Shown here in pieces: positions 47,322 to 61,427 of a stretch of DNA of 64,000 nucleotides; positions within the stretch are counted from its first letter, which is position 1; the number at the start of each line of letters is the position of its first letter. The DNA comes from Lama guanicoe (Eukaryota). The notes beneath the pieces were generated by a model that worked only from the letters and a program-made list of their open reading frames with translations, made no database searches and had not been told where the DNA came from. The translations under genes and the position numbers were made by a program. The DNA is taken from assembly GCA_013239625.1 (NCBI GenBank), contig MU056000.1:8347214-8411213 (forward strand), read 5' to 3'.

Positions 47322-50300
47322 TTGCAAATTTTCAGCAATGTAAGCAAAAACAAGGGGAAGGAAAATATTCTTCAAAGATACAGTGCAAGAGACAGAAAAG
47401 GGCCAAGAGAAAAATAAAATATTAAAAAGACAAGAGGAGAAGGAAGAGCCTCCCAAAAAATAAATTGGCCCTCTTCTCCTTTCTCTTGTTGGCATCTCTA
47501 TAAATTCGTGCCACATGAACTTAACACATAGCCCACAAGCTTCTTTCCAAAATAAAAATACTTTCTTAAATAAAAATTTAATTAGTTCTTTGTGAAGTTA
47601 GAAATTATGAGTGAGTATGAAATGAGTAAAATGCACCAGACCATAAATTTAATCAAATTCCTAGAGAAAGGTTTCCCTCTTTGGTCTAGTTTCATTCTGT
47701 TATGGCCCAGAGAGTTAGGTGCTTCTGTAGAAACCCCATTTTACTGATCTCAGAGGCTCTGTTCAAATCACTTATACGCTGGGTTTAACAATGTTTGAGT
47801 ATGTGCACATGTATCTGTATTTACAATCACTTCAATATTTACTGAAAATTAATTTTTGATCAAAGATTTAATTACTGAAGGTGATGGCCCCTGACATTAA
47901 GGAGCTTACAGTTTATTGTGAGATGAATGACTTATGAATTAAACCCTCATTTGGTTTCTATTAAGTGTGACTTGGGAAATAACCTATGATAAAAATTTGT
48001 CACATAGTGATGCACAATTGTGAGCTTCTAGGTTGCACGACACAGTTGTATTTTGTGTCCTCCTCTTGCACTGGCATCCTTTTCCTGTTACCTGTCCACT
48101 CACTGAGGCCAACAGTCAATGCAGACGCCAGCTGAGCAGAAAATTACACTAGAGAGAATACGCTCAGGTATCATGAATTTCTAAAATATTCAACAGAAAG
48201 CTTAAAGAAAAAAAGGAGATAGATCCTGAAATAGGAGTCTTAATGAACAATGAGCTAAAGAGAAAGAAAGGCCTTTTTAAAACAAGTGGTTTACCTGTTG
48301 TTAAAAAAAAGTTGATCTACTTAGAGGACTGAGGCTACAATATAAGCTTACTCTGTTGAAGGAATACTTAAGGCAGAATCAGTGTGAAAACTATCTTTGT
48401 TTCCTTAATATCATACTTAATCAAGTAGCAGTTGCTTCATTCAAGAGATGTTCATTTTGGTTAAATATTCCATGATCACCCAAGACCATTCTGCATAGAA
48501 TAATCATCTATGGTGCCTAGCTGAGCTGTCAAAATTCTGAAAGGGGGCTTCTAAGATAAACTTGAGCCACAAGTAGATATTTCTCCTCTTTATTTGAAGG
48601 CACAACAGGCCTTCTGAGTGTCTATTTCTTCTTTGATAAGAGCTTCCTCTCCATGAACAAATCTCCTAAGATTTTCCCCCTAGCTGTATACTATTAGCTA
48701 GGAATTTTCTATGTGAGGATTTCCATTATCGGAGGTCAGAGATGATGGCAGCATTTCAACCAGTACGCTGGATAGACACAGGGAACTGGTAGCTAAATGC
48801 TCAAGATAAAACTGTGTGAAGTATAAACAAATCCAAACTGAACTTAATTGACAGCTTAATGATAATATCAAAGTCAGCCAACAGGCATCATGCACAAAAG
48901 TAATTACTTAAATGTCTCAAAGGATTTCTATACAGTCAATATTTATATTTATTTTACTTTAAACTAAACTGCTGGAATTATGAGACACTGAATTGCTACT
49001 GGTAAGTTTTATATGTGACTATATCTGTGATGACAAAGTTTAAGGACACAATTTTACCCACTTCACTTACTACAACATAATCTGCGTATTAAAATTCATC
49101 TTAAAAAAACCTGTACATGAATATAAAGATGAAAGAATAAGAAAGCACAAGAGAGGAAGGAGTGTTTTGGCATACTCCTTTATATAAGTCCCCTACAGTA
49201 CCAGTATAGAATTTCCATCAGAAAGTCTGGTAAAATGTATAAACATACATATCTGTCATTTGTATATTTTTCACCCATCACATAAAACTAATGTCAGGAA
49301 AATAACTAATAATTTCATCAGTCAAGGTAGATGGGGGGGGTTATGCTACAGTAAGGACATCCTAAAAAACTTAGCAGCTTAAATTAACAGAAATTTAAGG
49401 AGAATAAATTTTGCAGTGCCCTTCCACTCTTCCCTGGGCTTGGCCTGCCTCTGGAGTTTTGTGGTTGTTTGTTACACAGCATTATTTTGGTAATGGATAA
49501 CTGACATAGCTCTCAGTCTCCTGGGGTCTGAATGTAGCTCCCAGTTTATTTTCTTGTTTTGATGGACACTATTTAAAATCAGTTTCAAGCTCACATCTAT
49601 ACATTGGCTTCCCCAATCCACAAAGCAAGAGTTACATAAAATACAAGGAGGCATCAGACAGTACTTGTTTTACTGTATTTCTTGCCAAGATGCTAGGTGT
49701 TAACATGAGCTATTCTCTGTGACCAGCTGAGCTCTACTGTTTCCACATCACTCGATGCTTCTACCCACCACCTCTGTCACTTCTCTTCTCGTCCTCCTTC
49801 CACACATACCTGCAAAGATAACTTCATGTCATCATCCCCAAGTCACTCTCCTAAGGTCAGGGACTGCTGTATTGGATCCCGGAGGTGACAATTCAAGGGG
49901 AAGGCTTCCTCTGACTTCTGCTTAGATGTGACTATAATCCCTTCATACAGGGAGGCCTTTCCTTGGGCACTCTTCAAATACACCAGGTGGTTAACTGAGT
50001 TTCTCTCTCTCTAACTCAGAGGTACTGAATCCCTCTTTCCTGGGTTTACTTTCTTCCATTTCTTCTTGCTCTGCTCTCTGCAGATGCAAAGGAGACCTGA
50101 CTGATGACCCACATGAGCCAGACAACCAGGCTCCCTACTTATGTCAGAGGAGAGGCTGGGTACCTGATCATGTCAACTTCAGTCACAAAGTTACCTCCAA
50201 AACGTGGCAACAGGAGAAACGTGCCACAGACAAATTTAGGCTGAAGCATTCAAGGACAATAAAGGCAAATTCCTATGAGAGTGGGCAGGTAGTACATATG

Positions 50301-52927
50301 ACTGCGGTAGGCTGGCTGGAGCCAGAGGTGGCTAAAATCTGCTAGCTCCATCCAATGGGGATAAGAGATAGTCAAGCTATAGTCAATCACTCCTAAGAAA
50401 AATGTTTCAATCTTCCATATGCTTAAAAGAAAAAAAAATCTGTAAAAAAAATAGTAGTTGGCAACTAATTTTTAAAGAAAATCTTAACCTGCTCCAAACA
50501 AAATACATAATTTGTGCTATCATTTTGCTACCTTTGAATCAGGGGATGGCAACTAACCAAAGGGGTTTGATCTGTTGGGTGGATTTCTCCAGCAGGAAAA
50601 CAGTGTCTTTGCAATCAGAAAACCTGAGAGGTACCTGGACCACACTGTTTACTGGAAGCAACACCCTCGCACCTTGCCTGAGTTTTGTAGAGTCAGCGTT
50701 TCACACAGAGACCACACAGACAATTCCGTGTGGCACTGTCAAGTTACAGCTCCTGCCAACATCAAGCATATATTGAAACAAAATCTTCCCCCTTGTTCTA
50801 ATGTTTATTGAGCAGTTGCTACGCTCAAGGTTCATTTTTGTTGGCTCAAGTATTTAGAGTAGAATAAAACATTGTTTCTATCCTCTGTTTTCTGTAGGTT
50901 GAAAAATGCACAGAAATGTTTAGCAAATAAATAAACATGACTTCCAGTGTTTTGTGTCTGAAAAAGGTAATTTTTAGAAAAAAAAACTGGCTTTGAATTA
51001 TGTATCTGAATATCTTGTATATTTGCCAAAGAATTAGACTTTGGAATAAAGCTATAAAGTACACTTTGATTAAAACCAAGTTGTCTTTGATCAGAACCAA
51101 TTAGTAACTGAAATAGTTAAGAAGCAGTGAAGGAATATTTTTCTGGAGAGAGAAAATTAAAAGAATCATCTCTTGTCTGAGGGATTCTTGTAGAATCTTA
51201 AAAGACAATATATAGTATCTTAGTACTTGTACTGGAATCTTCATCTCAAAGCATCATTAGCCCACAATCCTACAGTTTTTGCGTTTTTCATGAGGAGGAG
51301 AGAAAAGAAGAAAGAAAATGATTTCTGAATCAAAAATTTCAACATGCTGTTTTAATAGCAATGACTCAAAGACTAGATGTCGTCAAACGTCTTTGAAATT
51401 AATTATCTAAGAAGTCTCAGGAGCATCCATCCTGTCAATCTTGTTCGGGCTTGACCTCAAAGGGCCACCTACAAAGTGTGAAGAAAGCTCACACTTCAGA
51501 ACGATTCCATGCATGGCCTTGGCCGACACTCACTACATGAAGATTAATTAAGAAGGCTTCTCAGAATACAGATGCTACCTAATGAGAACTGAAGTGACAC
51601 ACACCATTTTTCACTTAGGTCAAGAAACAGATGACAGAGTAGCAGATGGTTAACTTGAACATGGGTCTGATGAAAATATGAATGAGTGCCCCTCAGTTCT
51701 CATGCAATAGCGTGCGGAAGGCACACAGTCACGCAGAGATGCAGAGGGCTCCTGGACCCCAGCCCTGAGCATCAGGGATGCAGCTCAAGTTCTGGCTTCC
51801 AGAGAGCAGCACACATTAGCGGAGGCCACTGAGGTTTAGAACGGAATGTGCTGGTGTTAGAGAAGTCCATTTAGATCAGCTCTAATGGATGCATCCTAGG
51901 CTTTAACCTATAATAAGACAAATGCACTCAAGCTCACTTCTGAATGAATATACATTCAGCTTATTCCTTTGAGACCTCCTGTCCAGCCTAATTACAATAC
52001 AGTTTTTGCAGTTTAGTTGCGGCTCAGAGTTAGGAAAGGGGGAAAGGCTGCCTACGTAAAGTGTATCTCCTTGATCCCCTTCACTGGAACCTGCTGGAAT
52101 GAAGGAAAATAACTGATAGAATCACACAGAGTAAAAATGGAAAATACCTAAACCAGCAGCGCAAACCAGTGAAACTCAACTGAAGACACACAAAGCCAAC
52201 GTGTTTCTCTCCGGAGCTAGAGCAGAAGGCAGACTTCTCTGGAATTAAATAAGAGAATCCCCAGTGTCTCAACCAACGATCTCCTTTCTGACAATGAACC
52301 TAGAGAAACTGGAGATGAAGCCAGAGGGGAAAGAAAAAGAAAATTACAAAAGCATTTGAAGATCTGACATTTGTCAATGGTACAGAAATTAACCGTATCC
52401 AAATAGCCAGTCAAATGCCTGTAAGGGGAAAATCCCACACCGGCCCTCTGCCAGCATGGTCCCCTCCCTCACCTGGAGCTGCATCTCCAGTCCAGAGGAT
52501 GCTGTATGGACAAAGAGAAGGTATCTGAGAAGCACACCAGCCAAAATTACTTCCCCACCCAATTTCACTCTTGAGCAAATTGTGGGCAAGATCTCTACTC
52601 AAAGAATATTAAGAATATCATTAGAAAAAGAAAAGATGAAACAGCATAAAACAGAAAAAGAAAAAGGCAGATGAGACGGATAATTCAATATGCTGCAAAA
52701 CCGTTAATGTAGCCTTATCCCATTTATATAAATGTGTCATATAAAGAAACTATCCACATGGAACATCTGAAAATGTAAACACTTATCTGAGTAGCAAGCT
52801 AGAGGAATGAACGTGGAGCTTCTACTCTTTATTCATACAGGTATATTTTGATTCTCTTGAAATACCATTTTAAAAAGATCTGAGTTGAGCTTTGTCTCTG
52901 GAAAGAGTAGACGTCTCTCCAGGGAAG

Positions 52928-53472
52928 TGCGGCAGTGCTGTGTCACACTTGACCTTTACCCCATCCATCTCGTACTCCCCTCTTGCTCATGGACAGCACA
53001 TGTGACTTGCTTCCAGCCAACAGAACAGGGCAAAGGGAAGGGATGTCGTATCTGTGATCACATGACTTTACTAAGACTCTCTTTTGCTAACAGACTTGGT
53101 CAAGGGACCCTCCTGGCTGGCTTGAGGAGATAAGCAGGCACACTGGGAAAGCCCACAGGGCTCAGAACTGTGGGCAGTTTCAAGGAACCAGGGGCAGCCT
53201 CTGAGAGTTGAGGGCAGCCTCTGGCCTCTCACTGGCTGGCAAGTAGCCTGGACCCTCAGACCCACAGGCAGGAGGAAATGAATTCTGCCAATGACCTGAA
53301 TGAACATGGAGGCAGAGTCTTCCTCAGTGGAGCCCTCAGCTGAGAGCCCAGCCCAGCGGACAGCTCTGTAACAGCCATGTGGAAGTGTGAGCGGAGGGCC
53401 CGTCAAGCCGTGCACAGACTTCTGACCCGCAGAAACTGTGAGCGCGTACGTGCATGCGGTTTTAGGCCACAA
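52928..53472 (+). mobile_element. MLT1E-type MaLR LTR
   Basis: tgtgacttgcttccagccaacagaa, ggaaatgaattctgccaatgacctgaatgaac, gacttctgacccgcagaaactgtgag, ttttaggccac. Confidence 0.85.
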
Positions 53473-53599
53473 GCAAAATAAAAAGCAAAATTCTGAAACT
53501 GAAACTATTTCCGTTGCTATGATCTGAATCACGGTGACAAAACATGGGCAGGCCAGGGGCTAGAGATGAGGAGGGTGCATCCTCAAGGCCTGTGTTCTC

Positions 53600-53960
53600 C
53601 AAACACTTTTTAAAAGTCAAGTGTACTGATACAAAATTTACATTCAGTAAAATTCACCATTTTTGGTACAAAGCTGAAGAAATTTTAACAAACGTACAGA
53701 GTTGTGTAAGCACCACCATGATCAAGATATCAAATACTTTTATCCTCCCAGAGGGAATTCTCCTGCCTCTTTGTCACCAGCCCCCTGTCACCAATGCTGA
53801 GATATCCACTACATGACTTCTGTCTACATTTTTGTCTTTTGGTGAATGCGTAGTAAGTGGAATCATATATTACGTAGCTTCATATGTCTGTCTTCTTTCA
53901 CTTAACATAATGCTTTTGAGATTCAGTTGTTGTATAGATTTACTAACTCACTTCTTTTTA
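53600..53960 (-). mobile_element. Old L1M 3' end
   Basis: tttacattcagtaaaattcaccattttt...ttgtgtaagcaccaccatgatcaagata...aagtggaatcatata...ttctttcacttaacataatgcttttgagattca. Confidence 0.8.
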
Positions 53961-55114
53961 TTTTTGAAGTTATTCACCAGGACAGCTACTATGATAAGAG
54001 GGTGAGAAGCAGGCGTTCCATCACTGTGACCTTTGACAACGTGTGACATCAGAAACAGAGCAGGTTCGCTAGACCCCCCCTGCTCTTGATTCGCACAAAC
54101 CCAGCAAAGTCCTGCGGAAAATCCCCCAGCTCCACACAGAGGCGGAATGACGACTCCCATCTCACCTCTGCCTTCCCAGTGTCACGTAACTGACCCAACT
54201 GGTAAACACCTCCAAAAAATCCGGAATTCTAAACGAAAAGCAGTCTGGAAAATGTACTTTTATCTTTCCAGCCTCTGTAGTCCAGGAAGACATCCCTTCT
54301 CTTTTTATCTTTGCCTCAAATACGGACCAGGGCCCCAAACTGGGAGCAAAGGGTCTGTGACTGACACAGTACATGATAAATGTTAAAAGGTCAAAAATTT
54401 GTTAGATCAAACTTAAATATAAATAGAAGTTTTAATGCTCTCTTTCCATGCTCTCTGTTACGGAAATCACATTTTATAAGCCAGTATTTTTAGACTAGCA
54501 GCAACTTATGATAACAAAGTCTATAAATTAAAAAGGGACTCTCCCTAAAAATAAAAAAAAAAAGAAAAAGAACAATAGCTTCATAAAAGCCCTGAAGGTC
54601 TTCAAATACCTTCACTGTCTGATTCCCATTAACCTCTTGGAATCTCCACTTCCACACCTTCAAAGTAAAGAGACAGAGTTAAATATTTCTAAGGACTTTC
54701 CAACTCTAAATTTCTGTATTTCACTCGTTCTAGAACATTAGTTATGACACTACATGATAACTCTTATATCTGCAGAGAAAATATATTAACATGATTAAAA
54801 ATATGTTTTAACAGGTGATTTTTTTTTTTAACCTAAGGGAAGTTGAGTAGATTCACCAGTGATAAAACGTGAAAATATTCAGGGGAGAGTAATCAGCTGT
54901 ATTTCATTTCTGGAATAATGTGCCTCAGCTTATTAAGGAAGGAAAGCCATGAAGCATTACCAACAGAGGCTGAAAAATCTCCTACAGTGAAAAGCTTAAG
55001 AAAAGATTACATCTTTCTGCAAGAGTTTAATTGTGGTTCTCCCCAGATACTAGAGAGATTCAAGTATTTCTAATAATTATAATAACACGAACAATGACTT
55101 TTATTTACATATTG

Positions 55115-55550
55115 TTGTATCTGCTGGGATGTGCCCATCTGTTCAGTCTGAGTAACAATGTCTAAACGCTAGAGGTTTATTTTTCTTGCATGATGAGTCT
55201 GGAGGTATTTACTTCTATGCCGTGGTTCAAGGACGCTGAAGACGCAAGCTTCTCCCTCCTGGCATGTCGCTGGCCAACTTAGGGCCATGAGTGGCTGCTG
55301 CAGTACCAGGCACTGGTCCACATTTGAGGCCAGGACAGTGGGGAAGGACAGTGCAGTTCCATTATCAGGAAAGCAAGAACTGTCTCAAAAAACTCAGTAG
55401 CTTTATGCTTTTATTCGTCAGATCTGTGCCTCAGGGTACACCTCACTACAGAAGAGGCTGGAAGATACAATTCAGCTTTTCCATTTTCATAGCAGAGTTG
55501 GAAAGGGAGAAGGTGATTGAACCTGGCCAATCTGCAGAGTCTGGCAGAGA
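55115..55550 (-). mobile_element. Old MLT1 (J/K-like) LTR
   Basis: ctgagtaacaatg...agaggtttatttttcttgcatg...gtctggaggt...gtggctgctgcagtaccaggca...cactacagaagaggctggaaga. Confidence 0.55.
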
Positions 55551-56479
55551 CTTTAAAAGTTCAAAGAGCTTTTACAGTGTTACATTTTTAAAGACATCCC
55601 CAGCTAGAGTTAACTCCCAGGCCCAGTTATATACAGGCATGAAGCATCTCGCATCGAGTGGCCATTGACTGAGAAAATTCTCCACTACACTGTGCCGTGG
55701 TAGGTCTGTGTTTCTTAGTATAATTTAATCATGTAAAAGCTTCTCTTTTCTCTGATCTGTTAAGACACTTGTCAAAACAGCAGATAAAATAAGATGATGA
55801 ACAAACACTGTATTCTAAAATTGTACACAACGCCAAACACTTTCTGAGTTATTTTCATTTTTTTCCTGCTTACTAAGACCATAAAGTGAACAGCAAAAAA
55901 CCATGTAGAAAGTTAAAACTTAAGCAGAAAGCAGAAAGAGCAGCAGAGAGAACCGTCTCCATCATTTCTGAAATGGCAAAGTATTCAGATGATGTAAAAG
56001 AACACAATTGTCAATTGATATGAACGGGCTCTTATTAATGCAGAGATTTTGTGAAAAACAATATTTTAATATTGAATTCATATTTTGTTAGCTAAAACAT
56101 CCCATAGTAAAAGAGTCATTTAAGTATTTTAAAAAGAAAAACAGAAAATATGCTCATTTAAATAAAATTAAGTGGAGATACTATAAAAATCATAATGGTA
56201 GATTATTATCAAGAGATGCTTATTTAGGAAAATAACCTGTAGTTTTTCCTTTAAAATCCATGGATGCTATGTATTCTGTGAAACACGGGCCATAACAAGC
56301 ATTTTCACTGTAGAGATTAACCTAAATGCACGGGGATCTTTCAATCCAGGGAGAGAGAAGAGATATACACAGATAACTCTAAGACCTGTCAGGAAATACG
56401 ATGGGTCCCAAGAGAGGTGCAGGCGAAGGAGAGATGACTGTCCCTTGGGGAGGCTTTGGGGAGCAAAGAACAATTAATT

Positions 56480-56880
56480 TGGATCTCCACCTGCTTCTCT
56501 CTGTCTCCATGTCCTGAATCATCTGAAGGTTTAGGCTAAAAGGATGCACTAAGTCTTCCCGGCGACTGTCGACATCCAACCAGTGACCAAACCCCGCCGC
56601 CTTCAGCTCTCTCATATCCCACTCCAGCCCCAGGCTACCTCCTGGGGACAGGGTATGGTTTTCACTCTCCTGGAGTCTTGCCAAACTCCTAGCCTTTCGA
56701 TCTGATTCTCAACAAGGTCCCTAGGGGTCACTTTTTCCCCAAAGGAAAATCTGGTTATAGTACTGCCCTGCTTTCAAACACAACCCCTGCCACCCTAACC
56801 ACCACCTCCACCTCCAATTGTGATTTTTTTCACTGTCTACAGAACGAAAGGTTAAAATCCCTCAGTCTGAACAATCTTAC
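56480..56880 (+). mobile_element. L2 fragment
   Basis: catccaaccagtgaccaaacc...ctctcctggagtcttgccaaactcctag...aaatctggttatagtactgccctgctt. Confidence 0.5.
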
Positions 56881-57399
56881 ACTATCACCAGGGAAATGGC
56901 CTGATTCTCAGGCTGGACTGATAGAAAGGATGACACAGAAAGACACAAACAAGGGTTGGGCAGCGGTCCTGAGCCCTCTGTTCCTGGGTAATCTCATCTC
57001 CCTGGTCCCCGAGTCTGCCTGTGACATCATGCAGCACTTCGTGACATCATCTGGCCCCAGAATTCCTCTGATGCAAAGAGCAAAGCCCCCTATTGTGCCT
57101 GCACTGAAGCCTTAATGACTGGACAGCAACAAGAAAACAGGATATTTGGAGAAACTTTCATAGTCAACCGATTCTACTTCAGGGGGACATTATCCACCAG
57201 CGACACATGTGGCTTTATTGTTAGTTCACTTATAAGTAAAAGTAATAATACCTTCTCTTCGAATTGTATTGTTAGGAGTACTTCTTTGATTTCAGCAAAC
57301 CCATACAGAAGGAAACCCAGTCTACATGATCTGGATGGCGAGTAGAGGGGAAACAAATTAGGAAGGTAACGTGGCAACCGTGTTCCTCGTCTTCCCTTA

Positions 57400-57690
57400 C
57401 TTTTTGCTTCTCCCAAGTCCTCAAGGCCCGGATTCCGTGATGTCACTCTCTTCTCATCTATCCAGGCTACTTTTAACCAGTTTCCACAATGTCACAGAGC
57501 ACATTTGTCATCATTTTTAATCCTACAGTGTTGTCAGCCGTTACATACTTTCCTCCTCTACTATTACAGACTTCTGGAAGGAGGCACATACTGTCATTAA
57601 TCTTTCCAGTCTGCCACCTAAGAGCTCAATAAATGCTTGCTGACTGGTTGAATCCATATATAGCTGAGTGAACAAATGAATGAATCCTCT
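57400..57690 (+). mobile_element. L2 3' end
   Basis: gagctcaataaatgcttgctgactggttgaat...gaacaaatgaatgaat (L2 tail). Confidence 0.55.
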
Positions 57691-58699
57691 CAAGACCCTA
57701 CCATACACCTCTCTTGCTGCTTCTTTTCCTCTCGGATGTAAATGAGCTCATGCAGCACGTCCCTCACAAAGCTCCTCCACTGATGTTCCCAAACTCCCAG
57801 CCCAGTAAGTCTAAAGAGCTGTAGGAGTTAAGTCTAATTTTAACTGGGTGAAGCCTTCAACAGTTCGAAGGAATTTATTTCCCAGCTTTGAGATGTGACT
57901 CCAAGGCTGTGTTTATGTGATAAACTAAATACTTCTTGGCAGTTAAAAAAAAAATGGAGTCGATGGCTAAATAGTTATAAAGAAGCCTAAAATAGTTTTC
58001 CCGTAAACTGATCTCAGATAGAGCAAACGCAACTTGAAGGATGTCTAAACTTTCTCCTTTGTTGGCTTGTACATGGAAATCCTCTAGGGTGGATCTGGGG
58101 AAAAGGAGATGAAGAAGACTGATCATAAACTTTAACTCTTTTCACGAAATCCCTTACCCTGCTCCCTCCTCCAGCATCTGCAACTGCAGCTCAGGACAGG
58201 GGCCACCGTCACAGCAGAGTCAGTGGACAGAAGGGTAGGGCTGAGCTGACTGTTAGCAGCAAGGTTTTTGCTAAGTGACTCTCTTATTCTTTGTCATGGC
58301 GAAACAAAACACATTGCAATCTGATCCCCTGCCTGTGAACTTCAAACATATGAAGGAAAACAAGTTTTACTCACCTGTCACTCCACAGAATCCATCCAGA
58401 TAACTACTCTTTACTTTCAAATGTCTTTCTTACTGACCTAGTTATCAAAGGGGTATCACTGACATTCACATTCTTTTAACCCATGACTGGTCCGATTTGA
58501 TGACATTGTTTATAATTTAATTGGCTTAGTCCTAATTTTATTAGGGCATTTTTATTACTTGCCACGTACATATGGAAATGTATTTCTGTCAATTTTAATT
58601 GATTTAACACCAAGCTATATTACATTAAGTGTTCAGGGTTTACTATTGCCTTTTAAATTAAAAAAAAAAAAGCAGATATTCTTAGGCTAATATCCCATA

Positions 58700-59280
58700 A
58701 AAATAATAACATATTTATTGTGTTTACTGCACATTGCACACTGTTTTAAGCTCTTTACATATATTAACTTTGAAAGTCTCACAACCCTATGAGGTAGATA
58801 GAATTATTAACCTTATATTAACAGATGAGGAAACTAAAACATAGAGAGGTTAAATAATGTAATAAAATAACAGTTTATAACATTTTCAGTTATGGATAAC
58901 TTTTACATCTTGAGTATCCATGCTTTGCCACATGGCATTAGGCAAGATACCTTATCTCATTAAACCTCACCTGTCGGATGGGCATTATAATTGTCTATGC
59001 TTGCAGATGGAGAGGATTAATAAGATCATGTGTGAGGCACAATGCCCCAGAGTAAGTCCTCACTGATTTTTAGTTAATATTATTATTACTAGCAATTCAA
59101 ACATTGATTTCTAGTCTTGGATCTGGAGCTAGTATATTGTGTAATGTTGGAGAAGACACTTAAGCCCCAAGTTTCCCGAATTTCTTTACCTATGGAGGGA
59201 GATGAGCGCAACGTGTAGCAAGATTGTAGCAATGTTTGCAGAAGTGGCCGGTCAGCTGTAAGGAACTATACACATACAAA
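58700..59280. mobile_element. Cluster of MIR fragments in both orientations
   Basis: atttattgtgtttactgc...ctcacaaccctatgaggtag...acagatgaggaaactaaaacatagagaggttaaataa; ttaggcaagataccttatctc...gaggattaataagatcatgtgtgaggcac. Confidence 0.75.
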
Positions 59281-61371
59281 CTATCACTTTTATGACATCA
59301 ACTGGGAGAAAATTGCTTTGACCTTTTATTCCACAATTACCACTTCAGAAAGTCTCAGGGTTCCTGAGCTCACACAGCTAAATGTTTTCATTAATTTTTT
59401 TTTTATGGCAAAGTTGTAGATGATTTAAAAAAAGAAAAGAAAAAAAAAGAAAAACAGCTTTCAGGAATATATTCAACAAAGCAACTGTCTGAGGTTGTCT
59501 TGGGACATAAGTCTGTTGCTGCAAAGTTTCACAGCCCTTGCTTCTACAATTATGGGTGAAATCTAGTGGACTTAGAATTCCCACAAACAACATCAAGGCA
59601 TCAAAAAAATGCTGGAACGTTTTCCGTATTTGCTCTTAATTCAGTAAAGGAAATAGAGCAATGTTAATACAGAAATAATTTTATAAGATAATTTAAATAA
59701 AAATGTTATAGTGCTGACAAAGATCAGATTCTAATTAAATGTAAATTCTATTTCTTTTAAACTCATTTTCCAATGATGTTGACTAAATGGGTATAATTTA
59801 AATAATCTTTTTATAAATTGGAGATATAAACAATGCTTTTGCATATAGTAAACAGAGAGTAAAAAAACCACTGAGCAGTCATTCCTTCTAGAAATTAGAG
59901 TTTAGCAACCTCCCACAGTTGCCATCCTCAGTGGCTTAAAATAGGTTAAAAATAAAACAAAACAGATATACTGGCTTGAGAAGAAAAGATTATATAAGGT
60001 TAACTTTTGATTAAGTATATGCATAGTAAAAATGGGGAAATGGTACTGAAACAGCATATGAAAGTAGGATGATTTCTTGATAATAAAATCTTCTATATGA
60101 GCCTGAGGTAATGCTAAAGATGAGTAAAAACAAAGCTATAATTTCAGTCAATGCAAAAGTGGTATGTATACCCTGTGGCAAATTAGATTAAAAGAAGGAA
60201 GAAATGAGAGCTTCAGATCTTATATCTTCCTGTGAAAAATAAATATTGAATATGACCAGACGGAAATGGTAAATAAAGTTAGTGTTTTATTTTCTTATTT
60301 TAGGATGAAGAAAATGAACATGAATGGGATATATCAGTAACACCATTTGCTGTTTCTGCTATTATGATGAAGGCTGAGTTTAAAATTATTTACTCTTTGT
60401 AGAGGTATTTAGCACCTCGATACGTAAGAAATGCAAATACTCACCTACCAAGAACAGTTCTTTTCCTAGTGCTTTCATCAGGAAGATAAGGCTTCTATAC
60501 CAAAATTTCAGTTACGATCAGAATATTTAAAAAGCAGCTTCAATTTAATAGGAAGAAATAAAGAAATAAAGCAGAGCTACAATTGTGCATCTTTCTTAGG
60601 GTATAAATTAGAAGAAAATGTGTGATGGATTTGAAGACTAAAATGAGTCGTCTGAAAAACTCAATCAATAAAATTAAACTTGCCATCTTGACCTACTATT
60701 CTCCAGGAGAGGAGACCCAGGGGCACCCCAAGGATCCCAAGTGACACCCATCCAAACAGATCAGGTCTGTGACAAGACTGTAGGTCTGACAGCAAGTTAA
60801 ATATTACCTTAGTTGTAAATTATCCTCTGTATTTCATTTTGTTACATAGAGAGTATATGCTTGCTGTGAGTGATGGCTTAATTTATTTTTAAAGAGAACT
60901 TGAAAGATTTTTCATATGATTATATGTGAAAACAAAGTGAAGGAACCTGATGGAAAGAGTGCTCCCTCAGAGCTAAAACTGGTAGAAAATGAAAAAACAG
61001 AAACCCCAGCAAAATGGACTGGAGTTGACCTCCCAGGTAGAGAAACAAATGCCTCAACAAATCTTTCAATGTTTTTAACTTCCTAGCAATAATGACAGTT
61101 GGGTTTGTTTTTTTTTTATGAAAAACTGTATTTTTAAAGACCACTGCCTGAATTTCTCTCTCCCCTCTAACATATCATTCAGGTAAAGTTACAGAGCCTA
61201 ACACTTGTTGCCTGGACAACTTACTTGATTTAAATACATTATATAGCAGTGTGGAAGCAAACTCACTTCCAAGGTAAAGGAAATTTAGATTCAAATCCAT
61301 TCTGAAACTGAACAGATAACGTTAGCAACTTTAGCTATTAGTTAGTAGCAAGTTGCTAAATCTGCCCCTCT

Positions 61372-61427
61372 CACCTTCATTTCAACATGGGGACAATGCA
61401 CCTTCATTTCAACATGGGGACAATGCA
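61372..61427. repeat. Perfect 27-bp tandem duplication in a MIR-like segment
   Basis: CACCTTCATTTCAACATGGGGACAATG twice (61372-61398, 61399-61425) plus CA. Confidence 0.95.

Noticed and set aside
50080..55060. Possible L3/CR1 remnants at ~50080-50300 and ~54830-55060
   Set aside because: Too diverged to support by eye.
58368..60475. Isolated minus-strand donors (CAG|GTGAGT at ~58373; TAG|GTGAGT at ~60443 after MKALGKELFLV)
   Set aside because: No matching acceptor, promoter evidence or recognisable peptide.
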